Source: Prochlorococcus sp. AG-459-O09 (lineage in GTDB: Bacteria; Cyanobacteriota; Cyanobacteriia; PCC-6307; Cyanobiaceae). From it: a stretch of DNA of 64,000 nucleotides. The stretch covers positions 10,092-74,091 of the forward strand of contig QCRH01000001.1 of assembly GCA_003211955.1 (NCBI GenBank). The letters are read 5' to 3'. Every line of letters begins with the position of its first letter. The stretch's first letter is position 1. The translations under genes and the position numbers were made by a program. The notes beneath the pieces are model-generated. The model was not told the DNA's origin and did not search any database. It worked only from the letters and a program-made list of their open reading frames with translations. Below are positions 50,959 to 59,932 of this stretch, piece after piece.

Positions 50959-51117
50959 TTGATTAATTCTATAGTTATCCCTCTATTTGTCTTAGGTTCT
51001 TTTATTGCTTATAGAGGACTAAAAACTAAAAAGAAGGTGAAATTTCATGACCCACCAACTCACCAACTACTAAGAAAGTTGAAATTCAACACGCAGGGGG
51101 GAGATTATTTTTTTTAA
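50959..51117 (+). CDS. Possible small membrane-anchored peptide (52 aa, TTG start)
   Basis: Manual translation LINSIVIPLFVLGSFIAYRGLKTKKKV...; not in the ORF track. Confidence 0.25.
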   Translation: MINSIVIPLFVLGSFIAYRGLKTKKKVKFHDPPTHQLLRKLKFNTQGGDYFF

Positions 51118-51164
51118 CTTCATTGATTATTTTTTAAATTTGAATAAATACATAACTAATTTAA

Positions 51165-53300
51165 TTAGTTAATTAGATCTTGATTAAAAGTAGTAGTAGG
51201 GAAAGGTATCCTTATTTTATTTTCTTCTAATTTAGTTATTATTAATTTGTTTAACCTATCATAACTTGTTAGAAAGTTTGAATAAGTTTTTAATTCTCCT
51301 ATTACGCAAACTACGAAATCATAACTAAAAGAATTTATTTCACCAAACTTACATGAATCAAAATTTAAATCATCAATTTGTTCAACAATAGTTTTGATTA
51401 TTTTTGGTATCTCCTCAAGTTGGGAAGGCTTTGTGTCATATGAAATCCTAACAATGAATCTTGATAAATATATTTGTCCTATGATTTCATTCACCTTAAC
51501 AGTTAGATGATCCCTTATTTCAAGAAACTGTTTCCACTCTTTATTTTCAATAAGTGCAAAAATAAGTAGATTTGTTTTATCGCCCTCTTTTTCAAGAGTA
51601 ACTATCGGATAAAAAAATTTTTTATTGTTATTCTCCAAATATTCTTTACAAAATCTAATTAATTCACTTTGCTGCCATGGACTTAAAGGCTCTTTTAATT
51701 CTATTTCTAGTTTTATACATTGTTTAATTAATTCATTTTTAACAGTACTATAGTTAATAACATTAGTACTCTCTGCAGCCGAATTAGGGATTGTTACACA
51801 ACCTTCAATAGTCTCAATATCTATCGATCTTAATCCTACCCTCTTGACATATCCAACAATATCATCAACCTTACAAAAATTACCTACGCTTAAATGCTGG
51901 TCAGCTTGCATAACTAAACCGGAAATTATGTTCCCAAGTAATTTCGATGATCCTAAACCAATAGCAAGGCCAGGAACCGCTGAAAGGGCTAGTATCGCAT
52001 TTGTAGGAACTCCTATAGAAATAAGAAGAAAATATAGTAACAATAATATAATTGCAGTAGATATAAATCTTGTTATTGGTTTAATAAAAGTTTTTACCCT
52101 AAGAGATGCAATATAGTTATTGGCTGAATATCTTTTAGATTTTTCCTCAGTCATCATACATATATAATTAGATAAAGATTCAAAAAAGAATATTACAAAA
52201 ATTGATAAGCTCGTAAAATAAAGTATTTCAAATGAAAAAGTAAAAGCAATTAAAGGGTCTCCTGTAAAGTTCAAAAATTTATCAATAAATAATTCTGAGA
52301 ATTTTGTAAGAGGAATTAAAATAAAGCAAATAAATGTTTTATCCCAATTTGCTTTAGTTGATAAATTACTTTCTCTCAATTTCTTTAATACTTTTGCAGA
52401 TAAAAACAAATAAATTATTGATAAAATAAATGCGAAAGATATTTGGAATATCGTTTGGCGACCTATAATTTCAATCTCAAAAAAATCATGAATATTATCT
52501 GGTAAAGAAGCGTACCATTTTGGCGGAACTAAAAGTCCTGGAGTATGAACAAAATCTAAGTAAAAATTTGGAGTTACATATTTTGAGCTCTGGAGAGATT
52601 CAGCTAATTTTTCAATTTTCCTAAAACCATATCTTATATTTTTAACCGTGTAGTCAGAAAAATAATATTGACCATTAACGAAACCATCATCCCCATTAGA
52701 CCTTTTAAGAGATATTTTAGTATTAGGTAATTTCCATTCTTTTCTCTCATAATCTGGAAGAGATTTTATATCTTGATAATCTGGAATATGTATTTCTTGC
52801 TTAGAAGAAATGAAAACATAATCTAGTATATGTTTTAATTCCACAGCTGCTTCATCTGATAAATGTTGCCTTACACTTTTAGCGAAAGAAGAACCATCTA
52901 ATGTTTTGGAAGCTTTGAAAAAGAAAATTTCCCCTTTTTTTATCTTCTCTTTTGTTTTTTTATCCCAAAAAAATCCAGCTTTTTTGCTTTGATCATTATA
53001 TATCTCGTTCTCAATGTCGCCTGCTAAAGCCATTAGCGAATAAAAATTCAAAATAGTTTGCTTTGGACTTTTTCCAGTGGCAGAAGCTATTGGATTTATT
53101 ATCCATTTATCGTATGTCTTTTCTAAATCTTTATAAAATGGTTGTGACTCAATACCTATTCCATAAGGGAATAGGATCTCAGTAGAGGATTCAGTAGGTA
53201 ATTTTTTAACAACTAATTCAGAAGAAAATAAATGACCAAAATTTAAGTTTATAAAAAAAAGGGTTATAAGAAATATGATGGAAAATTTTATTTTTCTCAT
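51165..53300 (-). CDS. Large MscS-family mechanosensitive channel with periplasmic N-terminal domain
   Basis: GLAIGLGS, GYVKRVGLRS, TIPNS, IPFPT. Confidence 0.85.
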   Translation of the reverse strand: MRKIKFSIIFLITLFFINLNFGHLFSSELVVKKLPTESSTEILFPYGIGIESQPFYKDLEKTYDKWIINPIASATGKSPKQTILNFYSLMALAGDIENEIYNDQSKKAGFFWDKKTKEKIKKGEIFFFKASKTLDGSSFAKSVRQHLSDEAAVELKHILDYVFISSKQEIHIPDYQDIKSLPDYERKEWKLPNTKISLKRSNGDDGFVNGQYYFSDYTVKNIRYGFRKIEKLAESLQSSKYVTPNFYLDFVHTPGLLVPPKWYASLPDNIHDFFEIEIIGRQTIFQISFAFILSIIYLFLSAKVLKKLRESNLSTKANWDKTFICFILIPLTKFSELFIDKFLNFTGDPLIAFTFSFEILYFTSLSIFVIFFFESLSNYICMMTEEKSKRYSANNYIASLRVKTFIKPITRFISTAIILLLLYFLLISIGVPTNAILALSAVPGLAIGLGSSKLLGNIISGLVMQADQHLSVGNFCKVDDIVGYVKRVGLRSIDIETIEGCVTIPNSAAESTNVINYSTVKNELIKQCIKLEIELKEPLSPWQQSELIRFCKEYLENNNKKFFYPIVTLEKEGDKTNLLIFALIENKEWKQFLEIRDHLTVKVNEIIGQIYLSRFIVRISYDTKPSQLEEIPKIIKTIVEQIDDLNFDSCKFGEINSFSYDFVVCVIGELKTYSNFLTSYDRLNKLIITKLEENKIRIPFPTTTFNQDLIN

Positions 53301-53860
53301 TCTATTTTCTTTATATTTACTGTTAACTTAAAGATTCAGAAAAAATAAATCAACCAATTGATGAATTTTATTAACAACCTATTTATTTTTAATAATAAAT
53401 TTTATTTGATATTTTTGCGCAAATAATGGTATTTATTTAACTCTAGATACTTAAAAAATATTGATTTACTTATTTAAATAATTAGAGAAATAGAAAAAAG
53501 GTGGTCAGTAAGTACTCACTTTAATTTTGGATGTCAACTCTATCATCCATAAACTTTTGGCACTATAGATTAAAATCTAATGTTTTCTGTGGACTATAAG
53601 GAGCGCACTCGGTCGGTTGATGGCATAATCAAAAACTTGGTTAAAAGACTTTAGAAAGACAATAAAAGTTTTTATAGGATCAGTCTGGGTAGTAGAAAGG
53701 GAAATAGTATTAGTCCTCCAATTAAAAACGTATTTGAACAATGGCAAATTCATTGTTGATGAAATACCTTTTAAACTATTTAGCCTTTTTTAGTTTTTAA
53801 GATATACAAAATTCAAAATTCAAGAGATGTGAGTAGTAAGATTATAAAATTAGGATTTTT

Positions 53861-54151
53861 TTAAAATATAGATATTGATCTAGATCCACCATGCCCTTTG
53901 TTCCTTGGAATATCAGTACCAAAAATACCATCTAAAAATCCACCAGCAACTTTTTCTAGTTCTTCATCTGACATTTCATTAATGAGTGAGTCTAAGTGAG
54001 CTTGTCCAGCTTCAATATGCTCTTTATCAAACTCATGACCATGATCTTTTGCTATTGCAACAATATCTGCCCCCTCAGAATTTATTTTTTCAAGGATTGC
54101 TGGATCTTTTAATGCTTTTTCTGCGAAAGCCTTCGCTTGTTTAACTGACAT
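53861..54151 (-). CDS. Nif11-like leader RiPP precursor A2 (core FLDGIFGTDIPRNKGHGGSRSISIF)
   Basis: Leader 50/71 identical to A1; EMSDEELEKVAGG. Confidence 0.9.
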   Translation of the reverse strand: MSVKQAKAFAEKALKDPAILEKINSEGADIVAIAKDHGHEFDKEHIEAGQAHLDSLINEMSDEELEKVAGGFLDGIFGTDIPRNKGHGGSRSISIF

Positions 54152-54313
54152 TTAGTGAAGTTAAAAGGTGTATAGAGATAATAGTAAAAAAAATATATAA
54201 TGACAATTTCCTTAAATTAAAGTACCAGTCTCTTTAAAAAGCCGAATCAATTGAATGTAAAATTTTTGTAAAATTTTAAGACATATTTTTTATTAGAGAG
54301 CTTTAATGAATAT

Positions 54314-55159
54314 ATGAAATCTTCCGCTTTAAATCAATATTACAAGATTAACTTAAATCCTCAAACTTCTATAGCTTTCTCAGAAAAGGGATTTAGAGAA
54401 ATAAATTTAAACTCAGAATTAAACTTTAATTATTTAGATTTTATAGACAACGATTTATTTATTGGTAATAAAGTTCTTCTTGTTAAAAATCTTCTTAATG
54501 CTTCTATTCTTTTAGGTATAAAGAAATGGCATTTATTTGATGTTGAGTCAAGTAATGATGATTTAGTACCTGGAATTGATCCTGAAAAAAATAAGGATTA
54601 TCAAAATTATTGTTGGGGACTTTTATCTTCTTTTATTACTACAGGCGCAACACCATTAGTTGCAGAATACTTATATGAGAAATTTCTTGCCGATGGTTCT
54701 GATCTTATCGCAAATCATTACAAAGAAATTAAGATTGAAGAAGGGCCTCATCAAAAACTTTGTAAACTTGATTTAAAAGAGTTAGGAGTAGATTATCAAA
54801 AAATTTTTTCACTTTATACTTTTGAAAAAGAAGACTCTTTAGTTAAATATTTTTGGAAATTAGCTAAATCAAAAGAGCCTCTCTCGACTCTTGGATATGC
54901 ATATGCTTTAGAAAAAACAGCTTTAATCTTTAATACACCCAAAAAAATAATTGCAACAAAAGATCTTTTAGGATCAAAAGATAGTGCCATAAGGTGCTTG
55001 ATGGCTCATTCATCAAATAGTCATGAAAAAGAACATGTCGAAGACTCTTTACGTCTAATTTCAACTTTAAGTATTAGATCAATTACTGAAATTGCCAAAG
55101 CGACATTAGAAACTAGTTCAAAAATGCATAATCCTTTTCTTAGAATAAAGAAACTATAA
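54314..55159 (+). CDS. Heme-oxygenase-like diiron oxidase/oxygenase (HDO, CADD/PqqC-like fold)
   Basis: EEGPH..LCKLDLKELG, LGYAYALEK, AHS..HEKEHVE helical carboxylate/His metal-ligand pattern. Confidence 0.7.
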   Translation: MKSSALNQYYKINLNPQTSIAFSEKGFREINLNSELNFNYLDFIDNDLFIGNKVLLVKNLLNASILLGIKKWHLFDVESSNDDLVPGIDPEKNKDYQNYCWGLLSSFITTGATPLVAEYLYEKFLADGSDLIANHYKEIKIEEGPHQKLCKLDLKELGVDYQKIFSLYTFEKEDSLVKYFWKLAKSKEPLSTLGYAYALEKTALIFNTPKKIIATKDLLGSKDSAIRCLMAHSSNSHEKEHVEDSLRLISTLSIRSITEIAKATLETSSKMHNPFLRIKKL

Positions 55160-55283
55160 AAAATCATTAAAAAAATATTTTCCAATATATTTGTTTTTTA
55201 ATATACCTCCTTTAATAATCTTCTTGCTTTTGGGTTTGTTTAAGTATTAAAAATATGAAATTAGTAAGCGTTTCATTTGATTA

Positions 55284-55901
55284 TTAGATGTTATCTGTTT
55301 GAGAATCTTTATATTCAGAACTACATGCATCTATATTTAAAAACTCATAATTTAAAGAGACATATCCCTCTTCTGTACTAGTAGCGAATGTTCTTACTGA
55401 TATATTTTTAATATTTTTTTGAGGAAGATTTGAGCCAACGTCATTAGTCCAATAAGCTTCAAGGTATCTTTCTTCTTTTAATAATCCCATCATCCAATAT
55501 TGTGAATCATTCCAGATACTGTTTCTTTTAACAAAATCATATTTTTTATTAGTACCATATTTTTTTGTTAAAGCTTTTTCAAAAAATTCAAATTCGTTTA
55601 TTAGTTGATCTCCAAAGGAATTTGAATACAAAATATCCGTATGGCTTATTATCCTACAAAGTCCTGATTTTGGAGTAATTAATAAATCATATTTAGTTAA
55701 TTTGGAGTTACCTTTTGGAAGCTCCTCTGTCGTATACCAATAATTTCCATCATCTTTGAGAGAAACACCTTTATTAGATATATCTTTCTTTGTCTCACCC
55801 ATATTTAAACCAAATTGGCTAGATAATAAATATTGAGGAAAAACAAAAATAGAAATTATTATTGTTAGAAAAAATTTCAATTTAAAAGGAGCTAATCGCA
55901 C
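55284..55901 (-). CDS. Hypothetical secreted/periplasmic protein
   Basis: Signal-peptide-like N-terminus, FGLNMG motif; GTG start lies inside the 32-bp motif and is uncertain. Confidence 0.65.
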   Translation of the reverse strand: MRLAPFKLKFFLTIIISIFVFPQYLLSSQFGLNMGETKKDISNKGVSLKDDGNYWYTTEELPKGNSKLTKYDLLITPKSGLCRIISHTDILYSNSFGDQLINEFEFFEKALTKKYGTNKKYDFVKRNSIWNDSQYWMMGLLKEERYLEAYWTNDVGSNLPQKNIKNISVRTFATSTEEGYVSLNYEFLNIDACSSEYKDSQTDNI

Positions 55902-55923
55902 TTTATTGTAGATCGATTGTCAA
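55892..55923 (-). repeat. Conserved 32-bp cargo-end motif, copy 2
   Basis: Reverse complement TTGACAATCGATCTACAATAAAGTGCGATTAG. Confidence 0.8.
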
Positions 55924-55947
55924 AAATTTAAATACTCTATTCTGATT

Positions 55948-56163
55948 TGACCGCTTATGACCGTTTTAAATATTATGACCGAAATATGACCGTTTTTTCT
56001 CCAATATACGGTAACTGAGTGGAATTCTAAGGAACTAATCTATTTTCAAGAAAATAAAAAAACTCCTAAAAGGAGTTGTACCTTGAAAAGTTAGTTGTGG
56101 ATTACGGAGGGGGTGGGATTCGAACCCACGGTGCCCTTGCAGACACGCTAGTTTTCAAGACTA
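55948..56163 (-). repeat. att-like direct repeat: four TATGACCG arm-type sites, terminator hairpin and tRNA-Ser 3' 59 nt (partner 57360-57580)
   Basis: Collinear with 57360-57580; tRNA fragment 56105-56163 identical to the functional gene; AACTCCT-aaa-AGGAGTT hairpin. Confidence 0.9.
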
Positions 56164-56287
56164 TAAGATATTAAGTGATACCAGTTTATTAGATAGCATC
56201 TAAGGAACAAATATGACCGAAATATACCCGTTTTTTAAAGAGATTAATTTAATGAATATCTTCAGGATTTTATAAGTCTTAAGCGTT

Positions 56288-56860
56288 TCATTCATTAAAT
56301 GCATTCTTAACTAAATTTTCTATTCCATAAATTTCTTTAAATTTATTATTCCATATGTTTCTTTTTGTTTTGCGATTACCATCAACTAGTCCCATAAACT
56401 TTCTTATCTCTTTTGAAGTTGGTGGCATAGGTCTTGAATCACATGAATTAGATGTATACAAAAATGGTTCTTTATCTGGGCAGTTAGGATCTGAAATAGC
56501 TTTTGTTATTTCAGTTAATTTGTAATAGGTATGCCAAACAGGTTTACTTACATGACCAGCAGTATATAAGCCAACACCATCAACAGTTAAAAAATCACTC
56601 GCAGTACTTTTTTCAATACTTCTACAATTACCTGCACCAATATAAACATAACCACTAGGGCAACTATTTCCTGTTAACTCTGTTTTACCCTGAATCATTC
56701 TTAAGCTTGGTATATCAGTTGATTTGATTGTCATAGCTTTCACGCAACCAAGATAATCTTTGGCATCTTTACAGCGATTATGAATTTTATTCGATATCTC
56801 AGCATTAACAGCAGTAGGTAAAGCGAGTGCAGCTAGTAGTGGGAGTAGTATGCGTTTCAT
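56288..56860 (-). CDS. Cys-rich hypothetical secreted protein
   Basis: Signal peptide MKRILLPLLAALALPTAVNA; 6 Cys. Confidence 0.7.
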   Translation of the reverse strand: MKRILLPLLAALALPTAVNAEISNKIHNRCKDAKDYLGCVKAMTIKSTDIPSLRMIQGKTELTGNSCPSGYVYIGAGNCRSIEKSTASDFLTVDGVGLYTAGHVSKPVWHTYYKLTEITKAISDPNCPDKEPFLYTSNSCDSRPMPPTSKEIRKFMGLVDGNRKTKRNIWNNKFKEIYGIENLVKNAFNE

Positions 56861-57148
56861 TTATTTTGGATCATAATTTGGATCATATAAAAAACGTTCA
56901 TAGATATGACACTCAAAGTAAATCATTAATAAAAGCGGTATATTTGCATATTTACTAAAGACGTAAGCAGTTAGAACACAAACAAAAATTCTGCGAAATT
57001 CATAATCAAAAATATATCTAAAAAATTTATACGGTGTTTTAATTAATATTCCTGCGATTCTGACCAAATGCAATATAGGCAAAAAGAATATAAACAAAAA
57101 AAGTTTTGTAATTTTATACTGTTTATCTAAATATGGTTTCTCAGTCAT
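56861..57148 (-). CDS. Hypothetical membrane protein
   Basis: 95 aa; stop abuts the next start. Confidence 0.55.
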   Translation of the reverse strand: MTEKPYLDKQYKITKLFLFIFFLPILHLVRIAGILIKTPYKFFRYIFDYEFRRIFVCVLTAYVFSKYANIPLLLMIYFECHIYERFLYDPNYDPK

Positions 57149-57294
57149 TTATAAATTTGTTCTTGATTACCAAAGTCACTAAATATATTTTTGGAATCAG
57201 AATTTTTAATAATCACATCAGGTTCTTTATTATCATCTAACCAAGGCACTCCTCCTTTAAGAATAATAAATAATCTTCGAAAAAATTCTTTCAC
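57145..57294 (-). CDS. Small hypothetical protein (49 aa)
   Basis: Manual translation MKEFFRRLFIILKGGVPWLDDNKEPDV...; GTG start, stop overlaps the next ATG (ATGA). Confidence 0.5.
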   Translation of the reverse strand: MKEFFRRLFIILKGGVPWLDDNKEPDVIIKNSDSKNIFSDFGNQEQIYK

Positions 57295-57304
57295 AAAAAA
57301 ATAG

Positions 57305-57336
57305 CTAATTGCCTCTTATTTTAGTGCGACTGTCAA
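57305..57336 (-). repeat. Conserved 32-bp cargo-end motif, copy 3
   Basis: Reverse complement TTGACAGTCGCACTAAAATAAGAGGCAATTAG. Confidence 0.8.
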
Positions 57337-57521
57337 TTATTTTATGTCCTCTAGTTTACTATGACCGCTTATGCCCGTTTTTAAATTTATGACCGAAATA
57401 TACCCGATTTTTTCCTCATTATTCGGTAACTGAGGGGAACTCTAAGGAACTAATCTAAATTCAAAGAACATAAAAAAAACTCCTAAAAGAAGCCGTACCT
57501 TGAAAAGTCAGTTGTGGAGTA

Positions 57522-57608
57522 CGGAGGGGGTGGGATTCGAACCCACGGTGCCCTTGCAGACACGCTAGTTTTCAAGACTAGAGCCTTAAACCACTCGACC
57601 ACCCCTCC
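57522..57608 (-). tRNA. trnS: tRNA-Ser(TGA)
   Basis: 87 nt GGAGGGGTGGTCGAGTGGTTTAAGGCTCTAGTC-TTGAAA-ACTAG...GGGTTCGAATCCCACCCCCTCCG with long variable arm. Confidence 0.97.
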
Positions 57609-57899
57609 AAGGTTAAATATTTAGCTTTAACTTTTGAATTATAGCAGTATTGAGTTGCACAAAGGTTTTCTAATTTGGTAGATATTTAAAAATAAAAATA
57701 TGATTTTTGATTTATTTTTTCTTGAAGTGTTTAAATAGGTCTTTTTATAGAAAAATGGTCTCTTTATGGTCTCCTTATTTTATTTGAATTAAGCTTTGCT
57801 CTAATTGCAGTTGATCCCTAAAGGTTATACCCATTACTTTAGATAGAACATCAATTACTAACTTTTAAGGATGCTATAAGTAAACGTTTCATTTTTAAC

Positions 57900-58125
57900 T
57901 TAAAACCAATTTTTTTGGCGCATCATTTCAAGAATCAATTGATTTTGAAAAGCTTTTTCTTCAGGAGTTTTGTTATGAGAACCATTTCCTGTCTTTTCAC
58001 CTTATCTCCACTCACCTGACCAGCTACCTCCTGATGGGTAGAAGTATGTACCTTTCCCATATCTTTTTGAGTTTTTAAATTGTCCAACATATTTATTTCC
58101 ACTAGCTTAGTAATAAGTCCCTTAC
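57900..58125 (-). pseudogene. MORN-repeat protein remnant
   Basis: GTYY*ASGNKYVGQFKNSKRYGKGTYFYPSGGSWSGEWR*GEKTGNG, with in-frame stops. Confidence 0.65.
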
Positions 58126-58432
58126 CTAGAAACCAAATTCAATAAAGTTTTTTGGAATAGATGGATTTTACTTTAATAGCTTTTCTAATATTTCTTATTC
58201 ATTTGATTGGCTATCAATGCTTCTAAAAGTTTTACTTACTATAGTTAATAAAAAAACGAATAAATCTGATTTTTTAAAAATCTTTTTTATATAATTTTTC
58301 AACTTTTTTGATTTTATAATTAGTTTAATTTTATATTGAATATGTATTACTATTTTATTTAATTAAATAAAATTTCTACTATTTATTATTGCTAAATTTG
58401 ACTGCAAAATTGGTCAAATAATTTTAGATTCA

Positions 58433-59830
58433 ATGCTAAAAAATACATTTTTAAAACAAAAAACAAATTTTTTTTTTAGAGCAACTATTTTTATTGCTCT
58501 CTTGATAGTATTTTTATTTGTAGTTTCAATAACAGGAATATATGAACAAAGAGATTTTGCTCCAAACCTTTTTAGATTTATAAGATCAATTAATTTTAGT
58601 TCCAAAAATTTACCAATAGCTATTTTAGGTTTTGGAACTTGGGGTTCTGATATATCTGATGAAGGAATACAATCCGTATATCTTAGTTATCCTATCTCTT
58701 CATACTTTTTGATTTCTTATGTGAGAGCTTTAACTCCTTCATTTATATCTACAAATTTAATCACATTTATTTCTACCTTTACAAGTATTTTTTTATCATC
58801 CTATCTTTTGTTCCTATCAATAGTCCCAAAAAAAAATTATTTAAATAAAGGTAATATATTTTTAGGTATATCAAGCTCTTTAATATTCCTTGTTAATCCA
58901 TCAATATTAGGTATTTTTGTTTCTCCAGATTGGCAACTTGGCTTTATACTCATGAGTCTTTTGTCATTGTATTTATCTAATTATTCGAAAGCTAGAAGTT
59001 TTTCTTCTTTATTTTTAGGTATCGCTGTTTATTCTAATTTCATGTATGGTATCGCACTTTTAATTGGTAGCCTTTTATTTATAATTTTAGATTTATTAAA
59101 AAGATCTAAAAAAATAGTGTTCAGTTTTAAAGCTAATGAAATTACTAGTTATATTCAAAATCTTTTTATTCCTTTTACTAGATTAAAAATTGTTCCAGTT
59201 TTTTTGGGATTATTATTCTATTTAATAAATCGTTTTATCGCATTTATCTATCTATCTTTTTATAGCAAATATACATTCATATATTCAGATCTTCTTACAA
59301 GAGTAGGCCTTGGAAATAGTTCAAATAATCATTATGGAGGAATTCTCTCTGTATTTAAGTTTTTTCTTAACCTACCTCCATATATAGAAGAGTATAAATT
59401 AAATTATTATCTCGATGGATCAGTTCATAGGACAATAAATCTTTCACTTTTAACTATCGAACAATTACTAATTAGTTCAATCTCATTTGTAACTTTAATA
59501 GTATTAATTTCTTCAAAAAGAGAAAATAAATATCAACTTTTAAATCTAACAAAATTAAATATTAAACCTATTATTGGCTTCTTTGGACTCGTTTTAATTT
59601 TCTCTTGCATACTTTTCCCACAATCAACTGCTGTTCATTATAGAGAAACTGCTAGGATTTTTGCTCTAATTATTTCTACTACTATCCCATATCTATCAAT
59701 AAAGTTAAGTAAATTTTTATCGAAACATTTTAAATCAGATTTCTCTTGGTTATGCCCAATAATTATTTTTTTTACATTCCTAGATTTTCTTAGATTTTCT
59801 TTATCATTTCCTCAAATTGAGATTTTATAA
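58433..59830 (+). CDS. Polytopic membrane protein, possible GT-C/GtrC-like glycosyltransferase
   Basis: About 10 TM segments; directly upstream of a GtrB-like gene. Confidence 0.55.
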   Translation: MLKNTFLKQKTNFFFRATIFIALLIVFLFVVSITGIYEQRDFAPNLFRFIRSINFSSKNLPIAILGFGTWGSDISDEGIQSVYLSYPISSYFLISYVRALTPSFISTNLITFISTFTSIFLSSYLLFLSIVPKKNYLNKGNIFLGISSSLIFLVNPSILGIFVSPDWQLGFILMSLLSLYLSNYSKARSFSSLFLGIAVYSNFMYGIALLIGSLLFIILDLLKRSKKIVFSFKANEITSYIQNLFIPFTRLKIVPVFLGLLFYLINRFIAFIYLSFYSKYTFIYSDLLTRVGLGNSSNNHYGGILSVFKFFLNLPPYIEEYKLNYYLDGSVHRTINLSLLTIEQLLISSISFVTLIVLISSKRENKYQLLNLTKLNIKPIIGFFGLVLIFSCILFPQSTAVHYRETARIFALIISTTIPYLSIKLSKFLSKHFKSDFSWLCPIIIFFTFLDFLRFSLSFPQIEIL

Positions 59831-59932
59831 ATTAATTTATAAAATTTTTTAATCTCTTTTTATTGATTGATATTATTTTTATGAAATAATAAAAATAATA
59901 TCAATAAATAAAACAATAAGTCAGACTGATTA

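Larger units (their letters stand above)
56105..57580. mobile_element. 1.4-kb integrase-less mini-cassette flanked by tRNA-Ser att repeats
   Basis: Identical 59-nt tRNA repeats 1417 nt apart; arm motif TATGACCGAAATATACCCG present at both ends (56212-56230, 57388-57406). Confidence 0.75.
26242..57774. mobile_element. Composite tRNA-Ser-anchored genomic island (tycheposon-like cargo; no integrase recognised)
   Basis: One full tRNA plus three fragments in direct orientation, arm-like repeats, and non-core cargo genes between core flanks. Confidence 0.85.

Noticed and set aside
53480-53780. Slightly GC-richer intergenic stretch, possibly an integrase or other gene remnant
   Set aside because: The frame I translated has multiple stops and no recognisable motif; a translated search is needed.
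55948-57406. TATGACCG repeats as a CRISPR array or iterons
   Set aside because: They are 8-bp units in pairs beside tRNA att cores, with no spacers, cas genes or rep gene.
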